Below, piece after piece: positions 1-8,552 of a stretch of 32,000 nucleotides of DNA. Within the stretch, counting starts at the first letter, position 1, and each line of letters opens with the position of its first letter. Under the pieces are notes generated by a model. That model searched no databases and had not been told where the DNA came from. It saw only the letters and a list, made by a program, of their open reading frames with translations. The stretch lies in the NCBI GenBank assembly GCA_039028615.1, contig JBCCHT010000001.1, positions 123,890 to 155,889 of the forward strand. The letters run 5' to 3'. A program made the position numbers and the translations under genes. Origin of the DNA: Myxococcota bacterium. Its GTDB lineage: Bacteria > Myxococcota_A > Polyangia > Nannocystales > Nannocystaceae.

Positions 1-392
1 CGGTCGGGCTCCCCGTCGCCGTGGTCCTCGGGACCGCGGGATGGGCGTTGGCGTGCACTACGGGCGCATGGCCCCCGGCGACCGCGGTCCGGGTCGGGTT
101 CTTCGCCGGCCTGGCGTTCATGGGCGTCGTGGGCATTCGCTGGGCCCTGCGCCCCGCCTTGCTCGGAGCCACCATCGCCAGCGGCATCGCCCTGTGCACG
201 ATGCCGCTGTGGGCGCTGTTGGCCAACGGCGGTCCGTCGGCGGTGATGCGAGCAGAGACGGGCACCATGCTCGTCGACGTGGCGTGGTGGATCGCGGGGC
301 TCGGCATGGTCGCGTGCGCCGGGCGGGCTATGGCTCGCCGACGAGCGAGAGCAGCAACGCATCGCGGGCCTCGACCAGCTTCTTCGACGTGA
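1..392 (+). CDS. hypothetical multi-pass membrane protein, 5'-truncated by the window edge
   Basis: The frame is open from base 3 to TGA at 390-392. The translation is mostly hydrophobic helices (GFFAGLAFMGVVGI, ATIASGIALCTMPLWALL, VDVAWWIAGLGMVA). Third codon positions are nearly all G/C until the last ~60 nt, which overlap the 3' end of the convergent gene. No family recognised. Confidence 0.4.
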   Translation, partial: VGLPVAVVLGTAGWALACTTGAWPPATAVRVGFFAGLAFMGVVGIRWALRPALLGATIASGIALCTMPLWALLANGGPSAVMRAETGTMLVDVAWWIAGLGMVACAGRAMARRRARAATHRGPRPASST

Positions 393-1839
393 TCGCCCGG
401 CGCACGATCGCCGCCGCCTGCTCCCGAGCCACGGCGGGCCGACCCCGCAGCCGCGGCATCCACTGCGACTCGACGGCTGCCAGCCGCTCCCGCTGCGTGC
501 CCTCGAGCCCCTCCAGCCACGCCGAGAACTCGGCCACCTCGGCATCGACGGGAGTCGCCTCCGGCTTCGCCGACTCGACCACCGCGTCGGGCCCCAGGGT
601 CACGACACGAACGAGCCGGCTCCACATGCGTCGCGCCGACAGCTCCATGCTCCCCGTGTCCCGATGCCGCAGGTCATGGGCCAGCGTGAGCACATGGGCC
701 ACGCGGGCGGTATCCGGTCGGGTCAGCGCCCACGCGGCCGCACGCGCGAGCATGGAATCCGAGGACGAGGGCACCGCCTCCGGCCCATCCCATCCGAGCT
801 CGGCACAGCGTCGCACGACGCGTCGCCGATGCTCTTCGTCCACTGCGGCAGGCTCGATCGCCACGCGGAGCAGCGCCAGCGCCTCGACCACGGGCGGCGG
901 CGGATCGTCACTGCAGCGCTCGATCGCCCATCGCATCAGGTCCCGTCGACCCCACGGACCATGCTCGGGCAGCCGCGCCACCAGGTCCACCGGTCCGGGC
1001 ATGCCCGTGGTCCAGTGACCGCTCTTCGCATCGAGCGACAGGCCGGGGACGACCTTGCGCCCCTTCTTGCCGTCGAGGTCGGCCTGCACCTGCGCGACGA
1101 TGGCCTCGATGACCGCCATGTCGTCGGTGGCGCGCAGCACCCCGCGGTAGGTCGCCCACTCGTTGTAGGTCCACGGATGGCCTCGGCCCTGCAGCGCGGC
1201 CCAGTGCTCGGACCACGAGGCTTCGCGTCGGGTGGCGCCGCGAGCCGACTGCAGCGAGTCGATGCGACGGCTGACCTTGCGCGGCTCGATGCTCTCGAGC
1301 CCTTGCTGCACCGCGGCGAAGAACGACTCGAGCCAGCGACCGAAGCTGGGCTCGGCATCCCATAGCGGCTCGCCGTCGGCGCGCGGCTCGTGGCACACGC
1401 TGTCCTGGTGGTAGGTGCCGACGCCGAGCTCACCTGCGTCGCGAAACCGACGGTCGAGCGCGTACGCGCCGTCGAGGTCCCCGCGCATGGTGGCGAAGAC
1501 CAGCCACCGCCCGCCCTGGGCCACACCCGCGCTCTCCTCGGACAACGCGTGTAGATGGTTGTCGAAGAGCCCCGCTGCATCCTCCATGAGCAGCCCGCTC
1601 GTCGAGCGCCCCCAGCCGGGGAATTCGCCCCAGAAGTCGGGATAGTGCACCAAGCCGTGGCTGGACAGCAGCTGTCGGAGGCTCGGCGGGAGCACGAAAC
1701 CGGCGGCCCATAGCGTCTCCTCGTACTCGCCGACGTCGATGGGCACGATCTGGACGAGCTCGGCCAGCCGCGGGTTGAACGACCGTTGCAGCCAATCCAG
1801 GTGCGCAACGAGAGGGTCCGACACCCAACCAGAGTACAC
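328..1839 (-). CDS. SMI1/KNR4 (SUKH-1)-like domain protein with a ~300 aa uncharacterised C-terminal region
   Basis: 503 aa ORF with ordinary amino-acid composition. The N-terminal ~190 aa carry SMI1/KNR4-like signatures (LPPSLRQLLSSHGLVHYPDFWGEF, GRWLVFATMRGDLDGAYALD, FGRWLESFF). The C-terminal part has no motif I recognise. Confidence 0.75.
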   Translation of the reverse strand: MYSGWVSDPLVAHLDWLQRSFNPRLAELVQIVPIDVGEYEETLWAAGFVLPPSLRQLLSSHGLVHYPDFWGEFPGWGRSTSGLLMEDAAGLFDNHLHALSEESAGVAQGGRWLVFATMRGDLDGAYALDRRFRDAGELGVGTYHQDSVCHEPRADGEPLWDAEPSFGRWLESFFAAVQQGLESIEPRKVSRRIDSLQSARGATRREASWSEHWAALQGRGHPWTYNEWATYRGVLRATDDMAVIEAIVAQVQADLDGKKGRKVVPGLSLDAKSGHWTTGMPGPVDLVARLPEHGPWGRRDLMRWAIERCSDDPPPPVVEALALLRVAIEPAAVDEEHRRRVVRRCAELGWDGPEAVPSSSDSMLARAAAWALTRPDTARVAHVLTLAHDLRHRDTGSMELSARRMWSRLVRVVTLGPDAVVESAKPEATPVDAEVAEFSAWLEGLEGTQRERLAAVESQWMPRLRGRPAVAREQAAAIVRRAITSKKLVEARDALLLSLVGEP

Positions 1840-2043
1840 GTGTCATCGGCGGCCCGGCTGCGGACAATGAGAGAGCCGACGGGGCCACGCCGTGGGCCCG
1901 AAACGCGATTTTCGTTCGGCTCACCGCGATGCCCACCAATTTCTCCTCCTCGGCCTCGGACTCGAGGGCCCATGATTCCGCGCCCGCACACGAGTCGTCG
2001 GCAGGCTGGCATCGCGCGCCATGCGCTGCGCGGGTTCGACCGA

Positions 2044-2069
2044 GAATTCGCGATCGGTTTCCCAGCGTC
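2044..2069 (+). promoter_or_regulatory. candidate ECF-type promoter (GAAT-N18-CGTC) upstream of the first ECF sigma gene
   Basis: GAAT at 2044-2047 and CGTC at 2066-2069 are separated by 18 nt, about 55-75 nt upstream of the plausible GTG starts at 2124/2145. This resembles autoregulated ECF promoters of the GGAAT-N18-GTT type. Weak match by eye only. Confidence 0.2.
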
Positions 2070-2123
2070 CCCGTGGCCCTGCGTCGTCGCTGGGACGCCG
2101 GTCGGCGTGGTACCACCAAGGCG

Positions 2124-2759
2124 GTGGCAAAGGGCCGCAACGACGTGGCGCTGGTGGAGGCCGCGCTGCAAGGGCAGCCGGGTGCACGCCGTCGTCTCGC
2201 CAACCGCCTGCTCGATGCGATTCACCGCGAGATCGCGATCTCGGTGCTGCGCTGGGCCGGCCGTAGCGGCCACGACCATCACCAAGAGATCAACGATCTG
2301 GTCCAGGAAGTCCTCGTGGCACTGTTCGAGCACGACGCCCGAGAGCTCCGCCGTTGGGACCCGAAGCGGGGCCGAAGCCTGGAGAGCTTCGTCGCGTTGG
2401 TCGCCCGTCGCCGCGCCTCGAGGGTGCTCGGCCGCGGTTACCGAGACCCGGTCGATCTACCGAGCGAGGAGCCCCCGGAGACTCCGGACGATGCGTCGCT
2501 GGTCGATCGCCTCGAGCAACGCGCGGAGCTGGGGGCCGTGCTGCGCATGCTCTACGCCCAGATGAACCCGCGGGACATGGAGCTGTTCGACCTGCTCTTC
2601 GTACAGGGACTCGACCCGGCGGAGGTCGCCTCGCGCCTCGACATCTCGCGGGGCGCGGTCAATGCCTGGTCGTACCGCACGCGCAAGCTCGCCCGGACGC
2701 TCGTGCGCGCACGCCTCGATTCCGACTCGAACACGAACGTGGAGGCCCGCCATGGGTGA
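2124..2759 (+). CDS. ECF-family RNA polymerase sigma factor
   Basis: Region 2 motif DLVQEVLVALFEH...RWDPKRGRSLESFVALVARRRASRVL. Region 4 HTH MNPRDMELFDLLFVQGLDPAEVASRLDISRGAVNAWSYRTRKLAR. The ORF is open from 1929, but the first ~65 aa are Arg/Ser-rich junk, so GTG 2124 or GTG 2145 is the likely start. Stop is TGA at 2757-2759. Confidence 0.85.
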   Translation: MAKGRNDVALVEAALQGQPGARRRLANRLLDAIHREIAISVLRWAGRSGHDHHQEINDLVQEVLVALFEHDARELRRWDPKRGRSLESFVALVARRRASRVLGRGYRDPVDLPSEEPPETPDDASLVDRLEQRAELGAVLRMLYAQMNPRDMELFDLLFVQGLDPAEVASRLDISRGAVNAWSYRTRKLARTLVRARLDSDSNTNVEARHG

Positions 2760-3474
2760 CGAGCTACTCCGTGCCCTGGGTGCACACGAGCGCGACGATG
2801 GGCCCGCCGAGGCGCTCGAGGACCTCGCGCCCCTGAGCGACGACGATCGGACCTCGATCCTCGAGGGGGCGTTCGGCCAGCTCGAAGACGAGCCCAGTGT
2901 CGACGAAGCACCCGCGGCCGCGCCGATTTCCTTGGAGCAGCGCCGTCGACCCAACATCGCCATCGCGATCGTGGGCGCGGTGCTGGCCGTCGCGGCTGCC
3001 GTCGTGCTGTGGCGCGCGAGCGGCCCGAGCACACCGACGGCGGCGCCACTGGTCGCCGCCCTACCCTCGTACTCCATTCGTCAGCTGCACGCGGGCGCCA
3101 AGGAGCTCCGCGCCGAGGCCGACCGCGTCCCCAGCACGATCACCACGACGGCCGACGGACCCCTCGACCTGGTCATCGCCCCGCAGGCCCCCGCGTCGGG
3201 GGAGGTCGCCATCGCCATCATCGCGCGTCAGCCGAGCGGCGAGGTGGTCGCGCAACGACTCACGAACGGCGTACAGGTCTCCGAGGACGGCTCGATTCGA
3301 TTGAAGGGTCGATGGAGCGATTTCATCACGCTGTCCGCCGGCTCCTGGTCGGTGCAGCTGGTGGTGGGACGACCCATGTCATTGCCCACCGATCCCGAGG
3401 CGCTCGCCCGAGCCGCCCCCAAAGAGGACTGGCGAACCATGGCCGTGCAGGTGAACATCGTGTCCACCCGCTGA
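2752..3474 (+). CDS. single-pass membrane protein, positional candidate anti-sigma factor
   Basis: ATG 2752 overlaps the sigma stop (ATGGGTGA, 2752-2759), suggesting translational coupling. It has an acidic ~70 aa N-terminus, one TM helix (IAIAIVGAVLAVAAAVVLW) and a ~150 aa extracytoplasmic domain. There is no HxxxCxxC zinc anti-sigma motif, so the function is inferred from position only. Confidence 0.6.
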   Translation: MGDELLRALGAHERDDGPAEALEDLAPLSDDDRTSILEGAFGQLEDEPSVDEAPAAAPISLEQRRRPNIAIAIVGAVLAVAAAVVLWRASGPSTPTAAPLVAALPSYSIRQLHAGAKELRAEADRVPSTITTTADGPLDLVIAPQAPASGEVAIAIIARQPSGEVVAQRLTNGVQVSEDGSIRLKGRWSDFITLSAGSWSVQLVVGRPMSLPTDPEALARAAPKEDWRTMAVQVNIVSTR

Positions 3475-3475
3475 T

Positions 3476-6208
3476 GTGAAGCTCCTCGGTCTGATCCTCG
3501 CCGCGCTGCTGGTCGGAAGCTGCTCGCCCCCCAACGACCCCCCGGCGACAGCGAATCGCCCGAGCGCGGCTGCGACCGAGCTGCCCGAGATCGTGGTGGG
3601 AGGCTGCGACGACCGCGAGCAGGACCTGTGCTGGATCACCAGCCAGCTGACGGGCGGGCAGCTGACGATCTGGGTCGATGTCGAAGCCTCCGCCACGCTG
3701 CAGGTGCGCATCGACGGGACCCCCTCCAGCGTCGAGCCCTGGCCGGTCGACGGTGGTCAACGACTGCAGGTCAAGGTTCCACTGGGTGCCGCGCGGCTCG
3801 AGCTCCAGTCGGTGCAGCCCGCGTGGGCGGAGCCCTTTCGGCTGCCGCTGCGATGGCGGGCGCCTCCCCTGGCCGCCGCGGTCGCGCGCTACTACATCCG
3901 CCAGAATCGATCGAAAGCGGAGATCGTCGCCCTGCTCGAGCACGCAGCGGAGTCGAGCGAAGGCCTCGATCGCCTGGCCACGCTCCAGCTGCTGCGACGC
4001 GTTCACGGTCTGTCGAACACCCCACAGTCGCTAGCGCGAGCAGAGGAGATCGTGCGGCTCGCCGAGGCGCTAGAGCAGGAGGTCGCGCTCGCCGACATCG
4101 CGGCGGTGCAGGCGTTTCGCCACATCACGGCCAAGGACCTACCCAAGGCTCGCCCCTGGCTCGAGCGACTCGAGCGGCTCGCCCCCGACGTCCCCAAGGC
4201 CAGAGCCTGGGCGGCGTACTACCGCGGTATGGCGGCCACTGCCGAGGGGGACCTCACCGCCGCGGTGCGCTCGATGGCGCAGTCGCAGCGGGCTGCGAAG
4301 CGGCTCGGGCAAGTCGCCGACGTCAGCTCGGCGCTGGAGCAGCACGCGGTCTTACTGGGTGAACTCGGCCAGACCTCCGAGGCGCTGGCGCTGATTCGGG
4401 AAGGCCTCGACTCGCTCGACGACCCCCGCTTGCTGTGCAAGACGCAAGCCCGCGCCCTGGGCAACCTGGGCTGGGCCCAGCTGCGGCTCGTGCAAAACGA
4501 CCTCGACGACGACGTGCCGTGGTCGGCCCTCGAGCGCGCGTTGGCGTTGGTCGAAGGCCCTTGTCCGAACACCTTCGAGCAGGCCAATCAGCGACTCAAC
4601 CTCACGCTCGCCGGCTTGGTGAGCGCCGAGTACGGTCGAGCTCAGGGGTACATCGACGACCTGCGCGCAGACGGAGTCCCCGCGGGCCTCGAGCCGTGGA
4701 CGGCCGAGTTCGAAGCCCGGCTCGACCGCGTGGCGGGGCGCTGGGACCGGATGCCGCCGCTCGTGCTCGAGCCCGAGCGCAGCGGCGAGGTGGGTCTCGA
4801 CTGGAGCGTGACGCTGCGACGGGCCCAGGCGCTGGCGGAGCTCGGGCTCCACGAGGCCGCAGCCGATGCTTTCATGCAGACCGAGGCGATGCTCGACGAC
4901 GCTCTGATCACGATCGGAGCAGACATCGGCAAGGAGATGTTCCTCGCCTCGCGCTCGGTCAGCGCCCGCGGCCTGGTGCAGCAGCTGCTCGTGCTCGGGC
5001 GCGCGAAGGATGCCGCCTGTCGAGCGCGGCTGGCTCGCGGACGAGCGCTGCGTACGATCGACCGCTCGACTCGCATCGCGGGCCTGAACCCGAAGCAGCG
5101 CCGCGAGTGGAACACCAAGGCCTTGGACTTTCTCGCCAAGCGCCGCCGCTTGCAGCAAGAGGGCGAAGGCGACTGGAAATTCTCGGACACGAAGGTCCAG
5201 CGCCGAAAGACTCGCCGCGCGCAGCGGGACGCGGAGGCCCTGGCCGAGTTCGACGACGCCCTGCGCCAGCTGCTCACCGACAAGGCCCCCAAAGACTGTA
5301 CGGCCCTCGCTCCCGCGACCGACGGGGAGGCGCTGCTGCTGGTCTCGGACACCGAACACGGCACGCTCGTGATGTTGGTCGATGCGCAGGGCGTCGCCAG
5401 CGTGCAGGCCCCGAGGGCCGATCCCCAGACCCCGGAGCACTGGGCCGAGGCCGCCCTGAGCGACCTGAGCGAGCGCCTCTCCCGGGCCACCCGTATCCGT
5501 CTCGCCATCGACGGCAGCGCTCGCGCCCTCCCCTGGCCGCGCCTGCTGGTCGGCGAAGGCACCCTGCTCGACCTCGCTCCGCTCGTGCACACGCTCGACC
5601 TGCCGCTTCGGGATTCGGCGCCCGCGCGAGCCTCCCAGGCGCTGGTCATCGGGGACCCCCTGCAGGACCTGCCCAACGCGCGACGGGAGGCCGTGGCGGC
5701 ACACGAGTCCCTCGCGGACGCCCCCTGGTCGCCACGACGCAACCTGCTGCTCGGGACCGAAGCCAGCCGCTCGACCATCACCGAGGCCCTCGGTACCGCG
5801 ACCGTGGTGCACTACGCGGGGCATGGTGTGCATCGGGGGAGCGACGGCTGGAACGCCGCCCTGCTGCTGGCCGATGGCGAGCTGACCGTGGCCGACCTCC
5901 TCGCACTGCCCGCGGTGCCTTCCACCGTGATCCTGGCCGGCTGCGACACGGGGACGGGCAACGACCAGGCGCTGGCGGGCGGGCTGAACATCGGGCGGGC
6001 GTTCGTGCTGGCCGGCGCCGAGCAAGTCTTGGTCGCCGACGGCCCGATCCACGACGAACTCGCCCAAGCGATCGGCGAAGCGGTGGCCGCCCGGCTCGCG
6101 ACCCAAGCCCGCCCCGACCTGGCTAAAGCGCTCCAGACCGTGCAGCGCCAGCTCGCCCAGCAGCGGCCGGACGAGCCGTGGTGGCGGCTGCACGTCTTGG
6201 TGCCCTGA
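3476..6208 (+). CDS. TPR-like repeat / CHAT (caspase-like) domain lipoprotein
   Basis: GTG 3476 lies 1 nt after the upstream stop. Signal peptide plus lipobox: KLLGLILAALLVGSC. The long helical-repeat middle is TPR-like. The C-terminal CHAT signature has a His/Cys dyad context: ALVIGDP...VVHYAGHGVH...STVILAGCDTGTG. Confidence 0.9.
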   Translation: MKLLGLILAALLVGSCSPPNDPPATANRPSAAATELPEIVVGGCDDREQDLCWITSQLTGGQLTIWVDVEASATLQVRIDGTPSSVEPWPVDGGQRLQVKVPLGAARLELQSVQPAWAEPFRLPLRWRAPPLAAAVARYYIRQNRSKAEIVALLEHAAESSEGLDRLATLQLLRRVHGLSNTPQSLARAEEIVRLAEALEQEVALADIAAVQAFRHITAKDLPKARPWLERLERLAPDVPKARAWAAYYRGMAATAEGDLTAAVRSMAQSQRAAKRLGQVADVSSALEQHAVLLGELGQTSEALALIREGLDSLDDPRLLCKTQARALGNLGWAQLRLVQNDLDDDVPWSALERALALVEGPCPNTFEQANQRLNLTLAGLVSAEYGRAQGYIDDLRADGVPAGLEPWTAEFEARLDRVAGRWDRMPPLVLEPERSGEVGLDWSVTLRRAQALAELGLHEAAADAFMQTEAMLDDALITIGADIGKEMFLASRSVSARGLVQQLLVLGRAKDAACRARLARGRALRTIDRSTRIAGLNPKQRREWNTKALDFLAKRRRLQQEGEGDWKFSDTKVQRRKTRRAQRDAEALAEFDDALRQLLTDKAPKDCTALAPATDGEALLLVSDTEHGTLVMLVDAQGVASVQAPRADPQTPEHWAEAALSDLSERLSRATRIRLAIDGSARALPWPRLLVGEGTLLDLAPLVHTLDLPLRDSAPARASQALVIGDPLQDLPNARREAVAAHESLADAPWSPRRNLLLGTEASRSTITEALGTATVVHYAGHGVHRGSDGWNAALLLADGELTVADLLALPAVPSTVILAGCDTGTGNDQALAGGLNIGRAFVLAGAEQVLVADGPIHDELAQAIGEAVAARLATQARPDLAKALQTVQRQLAQQRPDEPWWRLHVLVP

Positions 6209-6210
6209 GC

Positions 6211-8208
6211 TCAGCGCCAGACCAGCTCGTCTTCGATCGGGCGATAGAAGCCGTCGAAGGAGATCGAGATCCGAGCCGAGTCGAAGCTCGTGGGCATGCG
6301 CTGCGAGTCGAGCTGCAAGCCAGTGATCGAGTCGTGGTCGAGCGGCACGGCACCGAAGTCGAACTGCGTCTCCTCGCCCTGGTCGCTCAGGATCACCACC
6401 ACCCGATCCACGACGCGTCCGTCGTGGGTGTCGTCGAGCGAGGCCTGCACCTTGTCGCCCTGGAGCGTGCAGTTGTTGCAACCGGGGGACGAGGGCTGCG
6501 GTGCCACGTACGCGATGTCGTCGAGCGGCGTGGTGGTCACGCAGGCATCCGACCCCATCGCGCTCACCACGTCGACGTCCTCACCACACACGGTCTGGCA
6601 GGTATCCACCTGGTCGAAGGCCACCGTCGTCGAGGTCGACGGCGCCAGATCGACCAGCTCGATCGCGTCCTTCAGGTCGACGGGGCTGGGCGGCAGGCAC
6701 TCGAGCGCGAGGTCGCAGTTTGCATGCTGCTCACAGGCCAGCTTCAGCGCGCCGCAGGCGTTGATCTTGCGCGTGGGAGCGATGGCCGCCCCACCCAGGC
6801 CGAAGTCTGCGTCGCTACCGAGCGCGATGCCTCCTTCGTAAACGACCTGCATGACCTCGTCCGGCGTCAGCGAAGGATTGTAGGACCACACCAGCGCCGC
6901 GGTACCGCTGGCGACCGCGGCCGCGACCGAGGTCCCGGTGAGCCCCGCGGTCATCACGTTCTCACCCGCCACCGCGTGGGTCGCCGTGGCCATCAACCGC
7001 GGCTGCGCGTCCAGGCGCGAGCCGGGCATCAAGGAGTCGTCGTGGGCGAGGCCACCGACGGCGTGCACGAGCGGCCGATAGCCCGCGCCAGGCGGATCGA
7101 TGTTCACGCTGAACTCGCTGCAGCGGCTGACCCCGGGCGCGTTGAGCTGCTCCCAGGTGGCGGGCGCGAGCGGTGTCTCGTGGCACATGAGCCCCTCGTT
7201 GCCCGCCGCCGCGATGATGAGCGCCCCGTGACACGACGCGTACTGCAACGCCCGGCGCACCGCCGCCGCAGCCGCGGGCATGCCCGGCCCGTCACCACCG
7301 AACTCCGCCGCTTCCCAACCCACGCTGAGATTGATGATGAGCGGTGGCTTGGGCTCCATCCCGTCGTAGGTCTGCTCCCACTCGCGCACCGACTCGATCA
7401 CCGCCGCGGCCAGGTCCCCCTGCGACCCCACGTAGCCGCCACGCTGAGCGTCGATGCCCGTCGGGATCCGCGGCAAGCCGAGCACCCGATGCACCCGATC
7501 ACGGCAGCTGCCCCCCTGCGAACCTCCCGGTGGGACCGGACATGCGATGTCGGTGATGATGCGTGCCATCGCCTCGCCATGCTCGGTGCGAGGGTCGTTG
7601 GGCTCCGAGCGAGGCATGGTGTCGATGACCGCCACCGCGACCGGAGTGCGGAGCGACTCGGTGGGCTCGCCGCTCGAGTCGTTCAGTTGATGAGCCTCGA
7701 CCCGACCGACCTGATCGCGGAACACGTCGCGCAACGCCGGGCCGATGATCGCGTCGGTCGCCGAGTCGCGCTGCGGGTTCACGACCTCGCAGTCTGGGCC
7801 CATGGAACGAACCAGAGGCTGGACCGACAGGTCGTCGAGGTCGCCCGCGGTGGGTTCCGACGTCGGTCCGATCCAGCGATAGCGACACCAATGCCCCTCC
7901 GTGTCATTGACCGGAGTGCCATTGACCGCCAACCACGGCGAGCCGGCCTCGAACAACGAGGTCGCTTCCCAATCGGTATAGACGGGGCAATGATCCTCTG
8001 GTTGCACGTGGACGATTTGTCGCGAATTCGGGCACGCAGCGGCCACTAGCGTGTCGAGTGGCGAGGGCGTGTCCTTGTCTTCTTCCGCCCCCCGCGGGGT
8101 GGGTTCGGGTAGGGCGGAGATGTCGTCGAACTCCGTTTGCAGGCAAGCGGTCGAGCAAAGAGCGAAGAGAACCAAAGTTCCGAGATGGGCGGACGTTTTT
8201 TCAATCAT
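6211..8208 (-). CDS. secreted subtilisin-like serine peptidase (family S8) with a Cys-rich C-terminal extension
   Basis: Catalytic triad contexts are VAVAVIDT (Asp), RTEHGEAMARI (His) and LTGTSVAAAVASGTAALVWS (Ser), with the oxyanion Asn in IINLSVGW. The ORF is open to 8322, but ATG 8208 gives a proper signal peptide (MIEKTSAHLGTLVLFALCSTAC). Confidence 0.9.
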   Translation of the reverse strand: MIEKTSAHLGTLVLFALCSTACLQTEFDDISALPEPTPRGAEEDKDTPSPLDTLVAAACPNSRQIVHVQPEDHCPVYTDWEATSLFEAGSPWLAVNGTPVNDTEGHWCRYRWIGPTSEPTAGDLDDLSVQPLVRSMGPDCEVVNPQRDSATDAIIGPALRDVFRDQVGRVEAHQLNDSSGEPTESLRTPVAVAVIDTMPRSEPNDPRTEHGEAMARIITDIACPVPPGGSQGGSCRDRVHRVLGLPRIPTGIDAQRGGYVGSQGDLAAAVIESVREWEQTYDGMEPKPPLIINLSVGWEAAEFGGDGPGMPAAAAAVRRALQYASCHGALIIAAAGNEGLMCHETPLAPATWEQLNAPGVSRCSEFSVNIDPPGAGYRPLVHAVGGLAHDDSLMPGSRLDAQPRLMATATHAVAGENVMTAGLTGTSVAAAVASGTAALVWSYNPSLTPDEVMQVVYEGGIALGSDADFGLGGAAIAPTRKINACGALKLACEQHANCDLALECLPPSPVDLKDAIELVDLAPSTSTTVAFDQVDTCQTVCGEDVDVVSAMGSDACVTTTPLDDIAYVAPQPSSPGCNNCTLQGDKVQASLDDTHDGRVVDRVVVILSDQGEETQFDFGAVPLDHDSITGLQLDSQRMPTSFDSARISISFDGFYRPIEDELVWR

Positions 8209-8552
8209 TTCCAAGCTCGCGTGCCCCGACGGCAACGGTGTCGGGGCTCGCGGTCTCATTGTTCCACGAGGCATCACCGATGACATGAATCCGTCGATTC
8301 TCTGCAGAAAATTCACCGTCATCGACGGGCTCTCGTCTCATGCCTCGTGCATGCGAAGATCGCGCTGAAGTCGAGTCGGTGGTTACCGTCGTTCGCTCAC
8401 GATTCGTCGACGTCGCCACCCCGCGGGAAACTCCATCGCGCGAAAAAGTTTCGATCGTCGACTCGTCATCGCGATCGATGGCCACGGCAATGAGCCCGAC
8501 AGCGACGGAGAGGGTCACCGACCCGAAGCCCCCGCCGCAGCAGAGCATTGTC

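Noticed and set aside
936-2333. 465 aa minus-strand ORF, plus neighbours 908-1396, 1430-2203 and 41-1018
   Set aside because: They are extremely Arg/Ala/Gly/Pro/Ser-rich with no motifs. They lie out of frame over the SUKH-like gene and the divergent promoter region. These are typical shadow ORFs of high-GC DNA.
4352-6481. 709 aa minus-strand ORF and 563 aa plus-strand ORF (4435-6126) across the CHAT gene
   Set aside because: Both are low-complexity Arg/Gly/Pro translations antisense to or out of frame with an ORF that has clear CHAT/TPR motifs.
6178-8049. 623 aa plus-strand ORF opposite the S8 peptidase gene
   Set aside because: It has no recognisable motif and a composition dominated by R, V, G, D and H. 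The minus-strand frame carries a complete Asp/His/Ser subtilase triad.
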